A stretch of DNA of 60,957 nucleotides, from sequence record SRR20825019_2180; one strand, 5' to 3'. This document shows positions 50,844-60,171 of this stretch, piece after piece. The notes under the pieces are model-generated. The model was given only the letters and a program-made list of their open reading frames with translations. It did no database searches and was not told where the DNA came from. Both the position numbers and the translations under genes were made by a program. The first letter of the stretch is position 1; each line of letters begins with the position of its first letter.

Positions 50844-50869
50844 GACGATACATATCGAAATTTGTTACA
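50844..50869 (-). promoter_or_regulatory. Putative autoregulatory ECF promoter TGTAAC-N16-CGTC
   Basis: Minus strand TGTAAC AAATTTCGATATGTAT CGTC about 50 nt upstream of the sigma start. Confidence 0.6.
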
Positions 50870-51006
50870 AAAAATTTGCCATCTCCTTATATAGCCCTAT
50901 TTTGCAGGGTAAATTTACATGGTAATCCATGTGATATTACTCATCTAAACCTACACCAATAATCAATTTGGAACAAAATTTGAGTAAATTCAATAAAAAT
51001 TAAGCT

Positions 51007-52500
51007 ATGAAAAAGTATTCTTTCCTTTTTTTAGGATTGTCCTTGCTGTTGACCTCGTGCAGCAATGATGATAACGGTATCAAGCCCGGTCCAACCCCAG
51101 ACCCGGACCCAACTGCAGATGTGGCTGCCCAAAATTTTATGTGGAAGGCTATGAACCTTTGGTATTTTTGGCAACCGGATGTGCCGGATCTGGCCGATAC
51201 TCGCTTTTCCACCGATGCCGAGTACACGGCTTTTTTGGAATCTTATCCCGATCCTGAAAATTTTTATTACAGCATTTGCAACAACCATGAGAGAATAGTA
51301 GGCGAAGAAAATGCCATAGATCGATTTAGTTTCGCAAATGAGGACTACAGCGAATTAGTGAACAGTCTTTCTGGAATATCACAAAGCAATGGACTTGAAT
51401 TTGGTTTAAGACTTATTGGCAATTCCAGCGATGTTTTTGGATATGTTCAATACATCGTCCCAAATTCGGATGCCTCCACAAAAGATATCCAAAGAGGCGA
51501 GTTTTTTACACGGGTTGATGGTGTGCAACTAAACACTCAGAACTATATCAATCTTCTCTTTGGTGAAAATAGCACCTATACATTAGGAATGGCGACAGTA
51601 TCGGACAACACTATTTCGGACAGTGCTAAAGAAGTTACCCTAACCAAAATAGAGAACCAAATCGAAGACCCAATATTAGTTGCCAAAACCTTGGACGTAA
51701 ACGGTTCCAAAGTGGCCTATTTGATGTACAACCGCTTTTTGAGCAGCTTCAATGAGGATTTAAACGATGCTTTCGCCCAATTTAAGGCGGATGGTGCTAC
51801 AGAGTTGGTATTGGACATGCGTTACAATCCGGGCGGCTCCGTGAATACTTCTCGCCTTTTGGCCAGTATGATCTATGGTACCAACACCAGTGATGTTTAT
51901 ATCAAACAGCGTTGGAACGCTAAGATTCAAGCTGAATTTTCTGATGAATTTTTAACGGATTATTTTGCGAGTTCAACTGGTGCTAGTGCAATCAACACTT
52001 TGAATTTGAGCCGTGTTTTTGTTTTGGCTACCGGCGATTCTGCCTCTGCCAGTGAATTGGTCATGAATGGCCTTGACCCTTATATAGATGTGATTCATAT
52101 CGGTACAACCACTCGCGGAAAAAATGAATTTTCCATTACCTTGGTCGATGATTTAGAAAACAGCTATATATACAGTGAAAATAGAGAGGGTAAAATTAAT
52201 CCAGATAACAGTTGGGGATTGCAACCTTTGGTAGGCAGAAATGAAAATGCAGATGGATTCTACGATTACACCAGTGGCTTGGTTCCAGATATTGCACTTA
52301 GCGAAGATCTGACCAATCTCGGTGTGTTGGGCGACCCAAACGAGCCTCTATTGGCACGCGCCCTAGAAGAAATTTCTGGAATATCTTCTAAAATAGACTT
52401 TACGGTGGAAATGCCAGTTGAGAACTTCGACAGTTCCAGAATGCATAATCCATTAAAAGATAATATGTATTTGGAAAAGCCTTTGCAGTTGAACAAATAA
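51007..52500 (+). CDS. S41 family peptidase lipoprotein with PDZ domain
   Basis: Lipobox LTS-C; LDMRYNPGG, SASASE, GTTTRGK. Confidence 0.92.
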   Translation: MKKYSFLFLGLSLLLTSCSNDDNGIKPGPTPDPDPTADVAAQNFMWKAMNLWYFWQPDVPDLADTRFSTDAEYTAFLESYPDPENFYYSICNNHERIVGEENAIDRFSFANEDYSELVNSLSGISQSNGLEFGLRLIGNSSDVFGYVQYIVPNSDASTKDIQRGEFFTRVDGVQLNTQNYINLLFGENSTYTLGMATVSDNTISDSAKEVTLTKIENQIEDPILVAKTLDVNGSKVAYLMYNRFLSSFNEDLNDAFAQFKADGATELVLDMRYNPGGSVNTSRLLASMIYGTNTSDVYIKQRWNAKIQAEFSDEFLTDYFASSTGASAINTLNLSRVFVLATGDSASASELVMNGLDPYIDVIHIGTTTRGKNEFSITLVDDLENSYIYSENREGKINPDNSWGLQPLVGRNENADGFYDYTSGLVPDIALSEDLTNLGVLGDPNEPLLARALEEISGISSKIDFTVEMPVENFDSSRMHNPLKDNMYLEKPLQLNK

Positions 52501-52501
52501 T

Positions 52502-52532
52502 AAAAAAGCGGCCTATCGGCCGCTTTTCTTTT
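52502..52532. terminator. Bidirectional terminator
   Basis: AAAAGCGGCC/GGCCGCTTTT hairpin. Confidence 0.9.
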
Positions 52533-54395
52533 TTAAAGGTTCAGGTTAAGACCAACCCTAAAGTTTCTTCCTCGGGTGGTGAACCCAAGCAATTCCCTAT
52601 AATCTTCATTCAATAAGTTGTCCGCATTTACGAACACATTGAGTTTGTTCTTGATCAGTTCGTGCCTTATGGAAAAGTTCAACAAGGAAAACGGTTCCAA
52701 AGCAATATCGGTATAGGTCGCAAAATCCGTATCAAAACGTTCGCCGGTATAAGCATAGCTTAATGATGCGTTCGTACTTTCACAAAACTGATACCACAGC
52801 GATACATTCGCCTTGTGCTTGGGAATACGGATGGCATTGTCCCCTTTCCGCTCCGTGAAGGTATAATTGGCATTCACGCTAAGCTTGCTCCAAGGCAACC
52901 AAGTAGCTTCCACCTCTAACCCATTGGCATCGATTTCATCAGCCACATTAATGCTCATAAAATTGGCGTCATACCCAATGGCATTGGTCTCGTTTCTATC
53001 AAAATAGACCGTGCTGATTCGGAAAGTTCGGTCCAGTTTGAATTCCACCCCCCCTTCAAGCGTTGTATTCTCCTCTGGTTCCAAATCAGGATTTCCGCCA
53101 AAAGCACCAAACAATTGCGTTAAATTAGGGGTGATGTACGATGTGGCATAAGACCCCATCAATTTTACATACCCCTTTTCCGTATCAAATACATAGGATG
53201 GGTTCACATTGTACACAAAATGGCTTCCATATTCGGAATGATTGTTCAGTCTGGCACCCGCATTCAAGTTCAGACCAAAATCCGAAACATAGACTACATT
53301 GGCATAAGGATCCACAATGGTAAAATCCACCTCTTCTGCAAAAATGGCCTCATCCTTTATGTAGTTCACCCCCAAAATAGTATGGAATTGCTCCGCAAAA
53401 ACATATTTATTGTACACATCCAATACCCAATTGCTTCCTTCCGTCGTACTTTCACCAAAGGTGTCATTGGCCACGGACTCATAATCCGTGTAAGCCGCAT
53501 TCAAGTGTACTGAACCTTTTCCATAGCCCAGCTCCGAAGAAAGACCAACGCGTTGTTGTTCGTTCTTACCCAAATTGGGGGCTTCGGCCAAAGTGGCATC
53601 GTATTCATTTTTAAACTTGGTCTGATTCCCATAAACCTGAACCCCAAAACTTTCCGAAAACTGATAGCCCAGCTTTACATTGGTACTGTAGTGGGAAAAA
53701 ATATCCTCTTCATTCTCAGGTGTTACCGCTGCTGAGAGCCCGCTTTTATATCTATTGGAAAAATCGACCCCATAATTGAACTTGCCCAAAGTGCCGTTGA
53801 CATTGGCGGAATTTTGAATGCTCCCGATATTATAATTCTGGTCATCGACAGTTTGATTGGTTCCCACACTCGTTTCAAAATTACCTGCAATCTTCTTTTC
53901 TGAACTCTTTTTTGTAGTGATGTTGATTACGGCCGTAACCGCATTGGTACCATAAAGTGTACTGGCAGCCCCTTTAATGATCTCAATCGACTCGATAGTA
54001 TTAGGAGAAAGCAAACGAAGATCGTACTCTGCCGAAAATGTGGAGGGGTCCGACACACGAACACCATCGATAATAATCAAAACCTGACGACCACGACCTC
54101 CTCGGGCATAAACCCCAAGAACGTCACCGTCCCTACCGCGACTCCCTGCAATCTCGATTCCGCTTTTGGTGTTGATGATTTCCGCAACCGTCCTGCCTTG
54201 GTTGCGCTGCATTTCTTCAGCAGTGATCTTGATCACTGTTTTTCCTGAGTTTTCTCTTTTCAACTCAAATTTTGAATCGCTTACAACAACCTCGTCCAGT
54301 TGCTGCACTTTAAGTGAATCTTGCGGTACATTTTGCGCAAAAATACCCTTACCCGCCAATAGGGCGGTAATCAACCATAAATGATTTTTTTTCAT
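52533..54395 (-). CDS. btuB: TonB-dependent cobalamin receptor
   Basis: TonB box LDEVVV, plug IEIIKGAASTLYG..AV.AVINITTK; lies downstream of the cobalamin riboswitch. Confidence 0.88.
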   Translation of the reverse strand: MKKNHLWLITALLAGKGIFAQNVPQDSLKVQQLDEVVVSDSKFELKRENSGKTVIKITAEEMQRNQGRTVAEIINTKSGIEIAGSRGRDGDVLGVYARGGRGRQVLIIIDGVRVSDPSTFSAEYDLRLLSPNTIESIEIIKGAASTLYGTNAVTAVINITTKKSSEKKIAGNFETSVGTNQTVDDQNYNIGSIQNSANVNGTLGKFNYGVDFSNRYKSGLSAAVTPENEEDIFSHYSTNVKLGYQFSESFGVQVYGNQTKFKNEYDATLAEAPNLGKNEQQRVGLSSELGYGKGSVHLNAAYTDYESVANDTFGESTTEGSNWVLDVYNKYVFAEQFHTILGVNYIKDEAIFAEEVDFTIVDPYANVVYVSDFGLNLNAGARLNNHSEYGSHFVYNVNPSYVFDTEKGYVKLMGSYATSYITPNLTQLFGAFGGNPDLEPEENTTLEGGVEFKLDRTFRISTVYFDRNETNAIGYDANFMSINVADEIDANGLEVEATWLPWSKLSVNANYTFTERKGDNAIRIPKHKANVSLWYQFCESTNASLSYAYTGERFDTDFATYTDIALEPFSLLNFSIRHELIKNKLNVFVNADNLLNEDYRELLGFTTRGRNFRVGLNLNL

Positions 54396-54477
54396 TTCGT
54401 TTAATTGAATAAACGGGAGAATAGTATGTGATGCATACGTAAACTTTTATCCCGAAAGTTTAACATTGTTTGTTTGA

Positions 54478-54678
54478 ATTTGGCAGGTCTCCTGGCTTAT
54501 GTAATGTTGTTCGCCCTTCCCATCCAAAAAAAATGGACAGTGGGTATGTAGTAAACAACATCCTCATTTAGAGGTGCCAAAACTAATTTGGCATACATTT
54601 ACAGTTGCGGGAACAGCTCCAGTTTTGCACTGGATTCCCTTTTAATCCCACGGAAACTCCGTGCGAACCAAAATTCGG
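54478..54678 (-). ncRNA. Cobalamin (AdoCbl) riboswitch
   Basis: Minus strand: AAAAGGGAATCCAGTGCAAAACTGGAGCTGTTCCCGCAACTGTAA ... TGGGAAGG ... AAGCCAGGAGACCTGCCA (B12 box); promoter TAGCTTTG at 54682-54689. Confidence 0.96.
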
Positions 54679-54742
54679 GGCCAAAGCTAATCAATCTGTT
54701 TAATCTTTTTCCGCAAAAATTAAATAATCTTACTTTTGACCC

Positions 54743-55894
54743 ATGGCACAAAAACATCGATTAATTCTACCACTGGCTTTGCTTCTGGTAGCGCTGACGG
54801 GTTGTAAACAGGAAAAAAAGCAGCGACCCGTTCAAATTCAAGAAACAGCATCGAACATTACGTATGCAAAGGGCTTCACGGTAAAACAAGAAGGCGATAT
54901 AACTCTTATTGAAGTCACCTCCGCTTGGCCAGGAGCCGACAATTTTACCTACGCCCTGGTTCCGAAGGAAAAATTGATAGCAATGTCCTTTCCAAGAGAT
55001 GCCTACGATGCCATCATCGGCACTCCTGTTGAAAAAGTGGTGCTTACCTCCACCACCCACATTGAGCCCCTAAGGCAATTGGGCGAACTCAACACTTTTG
55101 TGGGTTTTCCCAATACGGATTACATTTCCTCTCCAGAGGCTCGAAAACTGGTGGAAAACGGACAAATCCAAAATCTGGGGATGAACGACATGCTCAATAC
55201 CGAAATAGTACTTGCCATGAATCCAGAGCTTATTGTCGGGTTTAGCATCAACAATGAAAACAATGCATACGACATTATCAAAAAAGCGGGAACGCCCGTG
55301 GTATACAACGGTGATTGGGTAGAACACACCCCTTTGGGAAAAGCGGAATGGATCAAGTTCTTTGCACCTTTTTTTCAAAAGGAGACCTTGGGCGATAGTA
55401 TTTTTTCAGAAGTTGCATCTTCTTACCTACAAGCCAAAGAATTGGCACAAAAAGCAAAGACCAAACCCACGGTTTTAACAGGTGGACTGTACAAAGACGT
55501 ATGGTACGTAGCAGGCGGAAAAAGCTGGATGGCCAAATTTCTGGAGGATGCCAATGCCGATTATCTTTGGGCCGATAACAACGAAACGGGCAGCATAGGA
55601 CTTAGTCTGGAATCGGTTTTGGAAAAAGCCCAAGACGCAGAATATTGGTTCAATCCGTCAGCCGAAACCAAGTATACCGAATTGGCCGAAGCCAATCCAC
55701 ACCATCAACAGTTTGATGCTTTCAAAAGCAAAAATGTGTTTTCCAATGCCATTGACAAAGGCGAAACGGGAGGGCTCATTTTTTATGAATCGGCCCCACA
55801 TCGGCCCGATTTGGTTTTAAAAGATCTTATCAAAATACTGCATCCCGAACTATTGCCACAACACGAACTGCAATTCATAAAACCGTTACAATAA
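54743..55894 (+). CDS. ABC transporter substrate-binding lipoprotein (BtuF/FepB-like)
   Basis: Lipobox LTG-C; YAKGF, PLGKAEWIKFF, RPDLVLKDLIKILHP. Confidence 0.9.
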   Translation: MAQKHRLILPLALLLVALTGCKQEKKQRPVQIQETASNITYAKGFTVKQEGDITLIEVTSAWPGADNFTYALVPKEKLIAMSFPRDAYDAIIGTPVEKVVLTSTTHIEPLRQLGELNTFVGFPNTDYISSPEARKLVENGQIQNLGMNDMLNTEIVLAMNPELIVGFSINNENNAYDIIKKAGTPVVYNGDWVEHTPLGKAEWIKFFAPFFQKETLGDSIFSEVASSYLQAKELAQKAKTKPTVLTGGLYKDVWYVAGGKSWMAKFLEDANADYLWADNNETGSIGLSLESVLEKAQDAEYWFNPSAETKYTELAEANPHHQQFDAFKSKNVFSNAIDKGETGGLIFYESAPHRPDLVLKDLIKILHPELLPQHELQFIKPLQ

Positions 55895-56926
55895 ATGCAA
55901 GGAGGTCGAACATATCGGTTTTCGTTTTTACTGATGGTGCTCGCCTTGCTGTGTTCGTGGCTTTTGAACATCAGTTCGGGGTCGGTTACCATACCTTTTG
56001 CCGATATGTTGTCTACCCTATTCGGAGAAAGTCCTGAAATTGCTTCGTGGGAGTATATTATCTGGGATTATCGGGTACCTAAGGCATTCACATCCATTTT
56101 GGTGGGCGGGGGACTATCGTTAAGTGGCCTTTTGATGCAAACCTTGTTCAGAAATCCCTTGGCAGGCCCTTTTGTATTGGGTATCAGTTCTGGGGCCAGT
56201 TTGGGCGCCGCCTTACTTTTAATGGGCACATCCATTTTGGCAGGGTACACATCCCTTTCATTTTTGGGTGATATAACCCTATCCATCGCCTCAAGTTTTG
56301 GCAGTTTTTTGGTGCTTTTGATAGTAATGATCGTGGCCCAACGGGTAAAGGACACTATGGCCTTACTCATTATTGGGTTGATGTTCGGCAGCATCACTTC
56401 TGCAATTGTAAGCGTTCTGGCCTATTTTTCCAGTGCAGAGGATTTGCAGCGGTTTAATTTTTGGTCCTTCGGAAGCGTGGGCAATCTATCCGTAAATCAA
56501 TTGTTTTTGTTGGGAAGCATCGTAGCTGTCGGCGTTTTCCTGAGTATTATCTCCATAAAATCGTTGAACGCCTTCCTTTTGGGAGAAAATTACGCGCAAA
56601 GCCTTGGTGTTTCCTTGAAAAAATCCCGATTGACCATCATTGTCGCCACCGGATTATTGGCAGGTGGAATCACTGCATTTGCAGGCCCCATTGCTTTTGT
56701 GGGCTTGGCCGTGCCGCATCTTACGCGTCAAATTTTCAATACGATGGAACACAAAGTGTTGATTCCCGCAGTGATGCTGTACGGTGCCATTCTAATGCTG
56801 TTGTGCGACACCTTGGCGCAACTGCCCAATTCCGCCAGCGTGTTGCCCATAAACGCCATTACATCCCTGGTAGGGGCTCCTGTGGTAATATGGCTCTTGG
56901 TCCGCAAACGTAAAATGATGTTCTGA
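55895..56926 (+). CDS. ABC transporter permease, FecCD/BtuC family
   Basis: MQTLFRNPLAGP, LLGENYAQSLG, GPIAFVGLAVPH. Confidence 0.95.
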   Translation: MQGGRTYRFSFLLMVLALLCSWLLNISSGSVTIPFADMLSTLFGESPEIASWEYIIWDYRVPKAFTSILVGGGLSLSGLLMQTLFRNPLAGPFVLGISSGASLGAALLLMGTSILAGYTSLSFLGDITLSIASSFGSFLVLLIVMIVAQRVKDTMALLIIGLMFGSITSAIVSVLAYFSSAEDLQRFNFWSFGSVGNLSVNQLFLLGSIVAVGVFLSIISIKSLNAFLLGENYAQSLGVSLKKSRLTIIVATGLLAGGITAFAGPIAFVGLAVPHLTRQIFNTMEHKVLIPAVMLYGAILMLLCDTLAQLPNSASVLPINAITSLVGAPVVIWLLVRKRKMMF

Positions 56927-57705
56927 TGGCGAAAGGGAAGAAAAACATATTGTCCATTGCCGATTTGTCCATTGGATACGCTTCCAAAACCATAGCACAA
57001 AACATCAATTTTGATTTGGAAGCTGGAATCCTCTGTGGTGTTGTGGGCATTAACGGTATCGGAAAATCGACTTTACTGCGCACATTGGGGGGATTTCAGC
57101 CTAAACTTGATGGAAACATCCGGTTGAAAGACCAAAATCTGGAAAAATACACCTCCTCCGACCTATCCAAAGAACTTAGCGTGGTGTTGACAGAGCAGCC
57201 TGCTTCCAAAAACCTGACCGTACAAGAATTGATTGCCTTGGGGAGACAACCCTACACCAATTGGCTCGGTACTTTGACCAAGCAAGACAAGCAACAGATT
57301 GAAGCGAGTTTGGATGCCTTTTTATTGAAAGACCTACGGCACCGAAAATGTCACCAGCTTAGTGATGGGCAGTTACAGCGGGTGCTGGTGGCGCGAGCGA
57401 TGGCACAGGACACTTCTTTGATTCTCTTGGATGAACCCACCACGCATTTGGATTTGTATCATAAAGTGCAGATTTTAAAAATGCTTCAAGAATTGGCCCA
57501 CGACAAACAGAAAACCATCCTGTTCACTACCCACGAAATCGAATTGGCCATTCAGTTATGCGACCGCATATTGATTTTGGATGGAAAAGACAATCCTTTC
57601 GGAGACCCTTGCCAACTCATTGAACAAAAACATTTTGACCGTTTGTTTCCTTCGGAAATGGTGCAGTTTGATGCTAAAACGGGTTCGTTTAAAGTGAACA
57701 AGTAA
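56926..57705 (+). CDS. ABC transporter ATP-binding protein (FecE/BtuD-like)
   Basis: GINGIGKST, LSDGQ, LLDEPTTHLD. Confidence 0.95.
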   Translation: MAKGKKNILSIADLSIGYASKTIAQNINFDLEAGILCGVVGINGIGKSTLLRTLGGFQPKLDGNIRLKDQNLEKYTSSDLSKELSVVLTEQPASKNLTVQELIALGRQPYTNWLGTLTKQDKQQIEASLDAFLLKDLRHRKCHQLSDGQLQRVLVARAMAQDTSLILLDEPTTHLDLYHKVQILKMLQELAHDKQKTILFTTHEIELAIQLCDRILILDGKDNPFGDPCQLIEQKHFDRLFPSEMVQFDAKTGSFKVNK

Positions 57706-57724
57706 AATTTCTGAGCGCCAACGG

Positions 57725-57746
57725 GCACTGAGCGTAGTCGAAGTGC
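57725..57746. repeat. REP-like palindrome related to the 23412/60894 element
   Basis: Reverse complement GCACTTCGACTACGCTCAGTGC shares the TCGACTRCGCTC core. Confidence 0.7.
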
Positions 57747-57780
57747 ATTTGGCAAACCTAATTCAATGAACAATATTGTG

Positions 57781-57805
57781 GATTTCTGCTTTCGCTGAAA
57801 TGGCA
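57781..57805. repeat. Degenerate REP-like palindrome ATTTC-N10-GAAAT
   Basis: GATTTCTGCTTTCGCTGAAATGGCA; reverse-complement relative of 47648-47671. Confidence 0.5.
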
Positions 57806-57851
57806 TATTTATCTTTATAATCCGTTATCTTTATCCTTCAGAATTTTTTTA

Positions 57852-59165
57852 ATGGGCGCAGAACTTATCTATATCATTTTAGGCTTCATCATTACATTGG
57901 CCATTGGCCTGTTTGTGGGGATGTACATTCAAAAACTGAAGACCAAGTCAACAGAGAGTGTTTGGGAAAGCAAGGAAATCGAATTTAGAAAAACAGAGTC
58001 CTCACTGAAAGAGGAAATAAAGGAGATTCAAAACAGGAAATCTGAAATTGAAATCGCTCTGGCCAAAGAAGAATCCAAATCGGACAATCTGGAAGAAAAA
58101 CTCTTGGAACAAAAACAGGAACTGGAAAAACTTCAGGAGAAATTCACCAAAGAATTTGAAAATCTGGCCAATAAGATTCTTGACGAAAAAAGCGAAAAGT
58201 TCACCAAGAGCAACAAAGAAAATATCGACAACATACTGGACCCGCTCAATAAAAAAATAAAAGAGTTTGAGGAAAAAGTAGTGAAATCCCAGCAGGAAAA
58301 TTTTGGTCTGCACGCTGCTTTAAAACAACAATTATTGGATTTACGCAGTCAAAACCTGAAAATTACCCAAGAGGCGGAGAACTTGACCAAGGCCTTAAAA
58401 GGTGATAGCAAAATGCAAGGGAACTGGGGCGAGGTGATTTTGACACGTATTTTGGAGAAATCCGGCCTTACCAAAGACCGTGAATATACACTACAGGACA
58501 GTTTTAAGGACGAGGAAGGGAAAAGGTACCAGACCGATGTGCTGATTCATTTACCAGACGGCAAAAAAATGATTGTGGACAGCAAGGTTTCCATTGTTCA
58601 TTTCGAAAGATACGTATCCGAAGAAGATGAAAAACAACGGGAAATCTACCTGAAACAACATATAGATTCCATTAAGAGGCATATAGAGGAGTTGAGCAAG
58701 AAGAACTATCAACTCTTGATTGACGAAAGCCCAGATACGGTCTTTATGTTCATACCAACGGAGCCTGCTTTTGCGATTGCCTCGGCTTTTGAGCCCAATT
58801 TATATGAGGATGCTTTTGTGAAAGACGTGATTATTGTTACGCCATCTACGCTTTTGGCCGCCTTAAAACTGGTGGACAACCTCTGGAAAAACGACAAACA
58901 AAAGCGATTTGCCATTGAAATTGCCACTGAAGCAGGCAAACTGTACGATTCCTTTACCAATTTGACCGATGAGCTTTTAAAAATCGGCAATCAGATTGGA
59001 ACAGTTCAAAACACTTACCAAAGCACAATGAAAAAGCTAACAGGGCGTGGCAACCTGATCAAACGAGTGGAAAAACTTAAATCCTTGGGAGCCAAGGCCA
59101 GTAAGAGCATAGACGATAAATTGCTCAAGCGTGCATTGGATGACGATTTTGAAGAACTGAATTAG
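57852..59165 (+). CDS. rmuC: DNA recombination protein RmuC
   Basis: N-terminal TM, coiled coil, LTKALKGDSKMQGNWGE, IVDSKVS, MFIPTE, TPSTLLAAL. Confidence 0.96.
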   Translation: MGAELIYIILGFIITLAIGLFVGMYIQKLKTKSTESVWESKEIEFRKTESSLKEEIKEIQNRKSEIEIALAKEESKSDNLEEKLLEQKQELEKLQEKFTKEFENLANKILDEKSEKFTKSNKENIDNILDPLNKKIKEFEEKVVKSQQENFGLHAALKQQLLDLRSQNLKITQEAENLTKALKGDSKMQGNWGEVILTRILEKSGLTKDREYTLQDSFKDEEGKRYQTDVLIHLPDGKKMIVDSKVSIVHFERYVSEEDEKQREIYLKQHIDSIKRHIEELSKKNYQLLIDESPDTVFMFIPTEPAFAIASAFEPNLYEDAFVKDVIIVTPSTLLAALKLVDNLWKNDKQKRFAIEIATEAGKLYDSFTNLTDELLKIGNQIGTVQNTYQSTMKKLTGRGNLIKRVEKLKSLGAKASKSIDDKLLKRALDDDFEELN

Positions 59166-59176
59166 AAAACACTACC

Positions 59177-59542
59177 ATGAAAAAATTCCTGATCATTTTT
59201 ATCGCTGCCATTCTAGTTGGATTTGCAGGGTATTTTGCCTTTATCTATTATGTGCCCTATAGTGAGGGGTATCGTTCTGGGGAACTCATTAAATTCAGTA
59301 GAAAAGGGGTTTTGGTCAAGACCTGGGAAGGACAGATCAGCCAAGGGCTATCTGGCACCAATGTGTTTTCGTTCTCCGTGGAAGATGGCGAAAAGGAAAT
59401 CATTGAAAAAATGAAGGAGTTCCAAGGTCAATACATCAAAGTCACTTACAAAGAACGCTACGCCACCTTTTTCTGGTTGGGCGACACCAAATATTTTATC
59501 ACAGAAGTAAAGTCTGAAAAATCACCGATTTTTAGGAATTAG
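59177..59542 (+). CDS. Membrane-anchored hypothetical protein
   Basis: N-terminal TM; YSEGYRSGELIKFSRKG...KTWEG; no Rossmann motif. Confidence 0.8.
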   Translation: MKKFLIIFIAAILVGFAGYFAFIYYVPYSEGYRSGELIKFSRKGVLVKTWEGQISQGLSGTNVFSFSVEDGEKEIIEKMKEFQGQYIKVTYKERYATFFWLGDTKYFITEVKSEKSPIFRN

Positions 59543-59545
59543 ATA

Positions 59546-59600
59546 ACACACCCCTAACCCCTCTTTTTAGAGGCGAAAACAATTTCCCTCCTGGGAAATA
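59546..59600. repeat. Degenerate CCCCTAACCCCTCT...AGAGG palindromic element
   Basis: ACACACCCCTAACCCCTCTTTTTAGAGGCGAA followed by TTTCCCTCCTGGGAAA hairpin. Confidence 0.5.
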
Positions 59601-59625
59601 GAGATATGAAAAACCCCAACAACAT

Positions 59626-60171
59626 ATGAAAAAATTCAAATCATCCCGAGAAAGTAGGGTTTCCATCACCGAACTTATGCTGCCCTCCCACTCCAATTTT
59701 GGTGGCAAGGTGCACGGTGGGCACATTCTCAATCTTATGGACCAAATAGCCTTTGCCTGTGCCTCCAAACATTCACAAAGCTATTGCGTAACGGCTTCGG
59801 TAAATCGTGTGGATTTTCTAAATCCTATTGAAGTGGGCGAACTGGCCACACTAAAAGCATCCATCAACTATACTGGGAAAACTTCTATGGTCGTGGGTGT
59901 ACGGGTTGAATCGGAAAATATAACCACAGGAGAGGTAAAGCATTGCAATTCCTCCTATTTTACCATGGTGGCCAAAGGAAAGGATGGAAAGAACAAAACA
60001 GTTCCAGGGCTTATACTAAAGACCAAGCAGGATATTCGTCGTTTCGCACGCAGCAAGGAACGCAAGCAATCCGCCTTTAAGCGGGATAGCAAATACGAGT
60101 CCAACAACTTTAAAGTAAACGAGTATTTGGAATTTTTACAGGGCGAAAACGTTAAGATGGATTTTGATTAA
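59626..60171 (+). CDS. Acyl-CoA thioesterase (YciA-like hotdog)
   Basis: PSHSNFGGKVHGGHIL..MD, VTASV, GKTSMVVGVRV. Confidence 0.92.
   Translation: MKKFKSSRESRVSITELMLPSHSNFGGKVHGGHILNLMDQIAFACASKHSQSYCVTASVNRVDFLNPIEVGELATLKASINYTGKTSMVVGVRVESENITTGEVKHCNSSYFTMVAKGKDGKNKTVPGLILKTKQDIRRFARSKERKQSAFKRDSKYESNNFKVNEYLEFLQGENVKMDFD

Noticed and set aside
50352..50894. 180-aa plus-strand ORF opposite the ECF sigma gene
   Set aside because: Antisense shadow with atypical composition and no motifs.
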